Shown one piece after another: positions 60,001 to 64,000 of a stretch of DNA of 64,000 nucleotides; position 1 is the stretch's first letter, and each line of letters opens with the position of its first letter. The position numbers and the translations under genes were made by a program. The notes beneath the pieces were generated by a model. That model searched no databases and was not told the origin of the DNA. It was given only the letters and a program-made list of their open reading frames with translations. Source of the stretch: Bugula neritina (taxonomy: Eukaryota; Animalia; Bryozoa); contig OZ037772.1 of the NCBI GenBank assembly GCA_964035545.1, positions 8,106,889-8,170,888 on the forward strand, read 5' to 3'.

Positions 60001-63000
60001 TATTGGAGGGAGGTGTGTTGGGGCGTGTGATGATGCCAACGAATGCCCCTCTACGCACGTCTGCTTCCAGCAAAGCAGGATATGTGAGACTAAGTTGACC
60101 GAGCAGTGTCCCTCCGGTGGGTGTGGGTGTGGTCAGATCTGTATTAATGGCGCTTGTGAGATTATGGAGCAGGTGAACCATCCTTGTAATGGTGGCGACT
60201 ACTGTGGTGAGTTGTTTATATTATGTCTATCTATATTCTATAGTCTATACTGTATTCTCTATATTCTATAGTCTATATTGTATTCTCTATATTCTATACT
60301 GTATTCTCTATATTTTATAGTCTATATTGAATTCTCTATAATCTATACTTTATACTCTATTCTCTATATTCTATAGTCTATACTGTATTCTCTATATTCT
60401 ATACTCTATCCTTTGTATTCTATAGTCTATACTGTATTCTTTACATTCTATATTGAATTTTCTATATCCTATAGTATATACTGTATTCTCTAAATTGTAT
60501 AGTCTATGATGTATTCTCTAAAGTCTAAACTATATTGTCTATATCATATGCTATCCTGCATCTTTACTTTCTACTGTATCTTCTAAACTATATAACATGC
60601 TATATATGTAATATGCTATTATATTTATGTTTAATACTGTGTTTACTTAAATTATAAGATTTAATGTATGCCACGTATATACTTTGCTCGTTGTATATTT
60701 GCTATATACTACACCTTAATTGTGGTTTAGAGGTTGAACTATGCTTTCTGATACCTACATATTACATGATATACTCTTCAGGTGAGAATGCAGTGTGCAG
60801 TAACGGTACAGCTGGCAGGTGTGAGTGTATACGAGATAATGAGGGACACTGCGCACCTCCCCCTACCAAGTGTGATCCTCAGTACGATGACTGCCGGTTC
60901 TCTCAGCTAAGAACTGTGTGCTCCTCTCAGTCTAATATCTGTCAGTGTGAGGCTGGGTCAATAATATCTGGCGACTGCTACAGTACAGGAGACAATGGCT
61001 GTTAGTCTATACTTCTATTCTAACTTTATTTGATCTACCTATATGCACTCTTCTCTCTTTTTCTCTCTCTCCCTCTCTCCCTCTCCCCCTCTCTCTCCCC
61101 CTCTCCCCCTCTCTCTCCCTCCCTCCCTCTCTCTCCCTCTCCCTCTCTCCCTCTCTCTCTCTCTCTCTCTCCCTCTCCCTCTCTCCCTCTCCCTCTCTCC
61201 CTCTCCCTCTCTCCCTCTCCCTCTCTCTCTCCCCCCTCTCCCCCTCTCCCTCTCCCTCCCTCTCCCTCTCCCTCTCCCTCTCCCTCTCCCTTTCTTCATT
61301 TCTCTGCATATTTATTCTCTCTCTCTGCTTTGTTTGGATTTTTTTCAATGATTGTTTTTGAATTGTAGTTTGCCATGCAAATTCTCGTCAGTGTCCAGCC
61401 AATAATATGCACTGTAAGAGTGGAAACTGTTACCCAACATGCTCAGGCAGTAACTCATGTCCTTCCCATCTCGTTTGCCATGAGGATGTAAGTTGAACAT
61501 TTTGACAGGGCGTGCTCCTTTAAACTATATGCTGTGTTGGTAATTGTGACTTTTGAACATTGCACAACTTTTATATAATATATAATATAGACTATAGGAA
61601 ATAGAGTAAGTTGTAAGTTATAAAATATGCTTTCTGTATATAATGTATCACATATCATGTGTTGCAATTACACATAGTACTAAACATAGTATTACACATT
61701 TTACTATAACACACAGTATTACACACAGTACTACACAAAGCATTACACACAGTATTACACACAGTACTACACTAGTACTACACACAGTACTACACTAGTA
61801 TTACACACAGTACTACACTAGTACTACACTAGTATTACACTCTCACAGGTATTACATATTGTACACTAGTATTAAACTCTCACAGGTCTGTACACTACTC
61901 TGTCACTCTCACACCGACTGCCCTGGAAGTCACCTCTGCACCCACGGAGTCTGCGTTCAGATGTGTACGTCTGCTGAGAGCTGTCTGGCAGCTACTCATC
62001 TCTGTGACTCATTCCTATGCAGACGTAGCTGTACTATCATTGGTATGGGCTGCCTCCTTTAATACCCTCACTTGGTTTATAGTCTCCATCCCTGTGTTAG
62101 AAGTGGCCGTAGCAGTATGCAGTGTAGAGCTTACTTTAACTGCAAACTGGTATACCACTACCTTTATACTTTTATATTGGATATAAAAAAACTCACGCAA
62201 GTTTATAGTAGCCATCCCTGTGAGAAACCCCTAATGCAAAGGGTCTTTTAAAATTGGCTAAGGACTTGGTCATATGTGGCACTGGAACAATTTTGACCTT
62301 ATACCTTTCTAACACCACTAATGGTGTTTGGGTTCGAACCACTGACACCCTGTTTAGTAAGCCAATGCTTTAACCACTAACCTACTGCTGCTTTGACGGC
62401 ATTTATATTTGTTCAAAATGTTTATTTTTGAAGTTGATTAGTATTTGAAACATGGCTACATAACTACTATTAAAGTTATCACCAGTAAAATACTGCTCTA
62501 AAGTAGTTATCATAATGAGCCTGAGACTCTCCTGATGTGTGACTCCCTTGTAGATAATACATGTGCACCAGGATCTACTTGTCAACCCGGCGTTGGCTGC
62601 GTTACTACCTGCACTAAAGACGAGCACTGTCTACTTGACCTTGAACTTTGTGTTAGTAAGTAATACCTATTAGCTGGTTTCCCATAAACTTTGTGTTAGT
62701 AAGTATATCACTATTGGCCTTGAACTTTGTGTCACAATGTACATAGAGAGTAAATACAGAGTATACACAGAGTATACACGATTCAGTTGACCTTGAACTC
62801 TGTAATTTGACCTTGACCCTGTAGGCGGACTGTGTAAACCCAAGTGCAAGACCAGCAGTGACTGTGACTCCATATCTACGTGTCTGAACGGGAGGTGCTA
62901 CACGGTGTGTGACAAGGATAATGAGTACTGCTCTGATCAGCAGTCTTGTGTCACAGGGCTCTGTATGTCCTACTGCAAGGTGAGTATTTAGTAGGTGTGG

Positions 63001-63815
63001 TACTGTCAGTGTACACAGTAGCTAGGTGTAGTATTGTCAGTGCACATGGTAGCTAGGTGTGGTATTGTCCATGCTCATAGTAGCTAGGTGTAGTATTGTC
63101 AGTGAACATTTAGTAAGTGTAGTATTGTCCATGCTCATAGTAGCTAGGTGTAGTATTGTCAGTGCACATTTAGTAAGTGCAGTACTGTTAGTGCACACGG
63201 TAGCTAGCTGTAGTATTGTCTGTGCTCATTTAGTATGTGTAGTATTATAAGTGCACATACTAATTAGTAAGGTGAGTTAGTACTTGCATTTAGTAGGTGT
63301 AGTACTGTCAGTGCACATAGTAACTAGGTGTGGTATTGTCCATGCTCATAGTAGCTAGGTGTAGTATTGTCAGTTTACATTTAGTAAGTACAGTATTGTC
63401 CATCCACAAAGTAGCTGAGTGTAGCCGGTGTAGCATTGTCAGTGTACGTAGCATTTTGTAAGTGTAGTACTGTCAGTGCACACAGTAGCCAGGCGTAGTA
63501 CCGGTAATACTCAACAGTTAGGTGTAGTATTATGTGTGTATATGTATGTACATCATGTTTTTAAAGTATGTTACCATTAGGTCTGACACTACAGTATGAC
63601 ATACTGACAGAGTGTGGTATTGTTGCAGGACACCGCAGATTGCGGTACTACTGAGGTGTGCTCGGTATATCAGGCTAACCCGGTGTGTAGAATCACGTGC
63701 TATGGCAACGACGACTGCTACAGGCAGAAACAGGTCTGCTTTGTTGGACTTTGCAACTTCCCGTGCAGCGCGCAGAAGGACAGCTCGTGTGACCCGGGAG
63801 ACGACTGCATCAACT
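57058..63815 (+). CDS. Secreted Cys-repeat protein (C-x5-C-x5/6-C-x4-C-x3 modules), 3'-partial. Exons: 57058-57109, 58437-58481, 58917-59107, 59733-59905, 59998-60206, 60782-61000, 61369-61487, 61886-62042, 62554-62655, 62825-62979, 63629-63815
   Basis: Signal peptide MMRLTILVATLLYTFHTG. Phase-consistent exons encode repeats such as CTSKDECASHQVCEDNFC and CKTSSDCDSISTCLNGRC. Confidence 0.8.
57217..57604. mobile_element. CpG-rich MITE-like insertion
   Basis: Terminal arms GTGCGAGAAATCCCATTTAG and CTAATGGAATTTCTCGCAC; composition differs from the flanks. Confidence 0.6.
59281..59494 (-). mobile_element. tRNA-derived SINE with target-site duplication ATATCTACATTTA
   Basis: Full-length family match and a flanking direct repeat. 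Confidence 0.92.
60222..60540. repeat. Degenerate tandem repeat (TCTATATTCTATAGTCTATACTGTATTC)
   Basis: Visible just after the donor at 60207. Confidence 0.85.
61047..61292. repeat. Polypyrimidine (CT/CCCTCT)n tract
   Basis: Directly visible. Confidence 0.97.
62186..62392 (-). mobile_element. tRNA-derived SINE, diverged copy
   Basis: AACTCACGCAAGTTTATAGT tail and GGTTCGAACC. Confidence 0.8.
62985..63500. repeat. 31-bp intronic minisatellite (GTAGCTAGGTGTAGTATTGTCAGTGCACA..)
   Basis: Directly visible after the donor at 62980. Confidence 0.9.
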
Positions 63816-64000
63816 GTGAGTAGCACTCAATGGACTTGAAACAACCCTAGCTATAAAGATGAAAAGTTTAAACAAGTTTTCATTTTTATTTATATTCATC
63901 TTCATATTTATAATTTATCTTTATATTGTATTTTAATATTTTATTTTAATGTTTTATTTTTATATTTTATTTTAATGTTTTATTTTTATATTTTATTTTT

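Noticed and set aside
61007-61368. Arg/Glu/Gly-rich and Leu/Ser/Pro-rich ORFs
   Set aside because: Translations of an intronic (CT)n tract

Overview
AT-rich, intron-dense metazoan (invertebrate) genomic DNA, not prokaryotic. I reconstructed ten spliced protein-coding genes by hand from splice sites and reading phase. They are: ZER1/zyg-11-related (+, 5' end outside the window); a type II membrane protein with a short-chain-collagen-C4-like C-terminal domain (-); a divergent MAPEG gene (PTGES/MGST1-like, +); SET (-); USP20/33 (+); an inverted, tail-to-tail pair of PPT2 thioesterase paralogs; TMCO1 (+); V-ATPase subunit G (+); and a secreted Cys-repeat protein (+, runs off the 3' end). Non-coding DNA holds about 10 copies of one tRNA-derived SINE, many foldback/MITE-like inverted repeats, and intron-specific minisatellites. 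Main points of interest: (1) the USP20 terminal coding exon carries 11 in-phase CCAATC boxes; (2) patchwork gene conversion between the PPT2 paralogs covers the catalytic Ser and Asp exons; (3) the conserved genes have human homologs in the MHC paralogon, four of them at 9q34.11; (4) intronic tandem arrays often duplicate the adjacent splice junction; (5) a first-intron low-complexity signature predicts an unannotated divergent transcript next to TMCO1. Gene names and human map positions come from recognition and memory, not from database searches.
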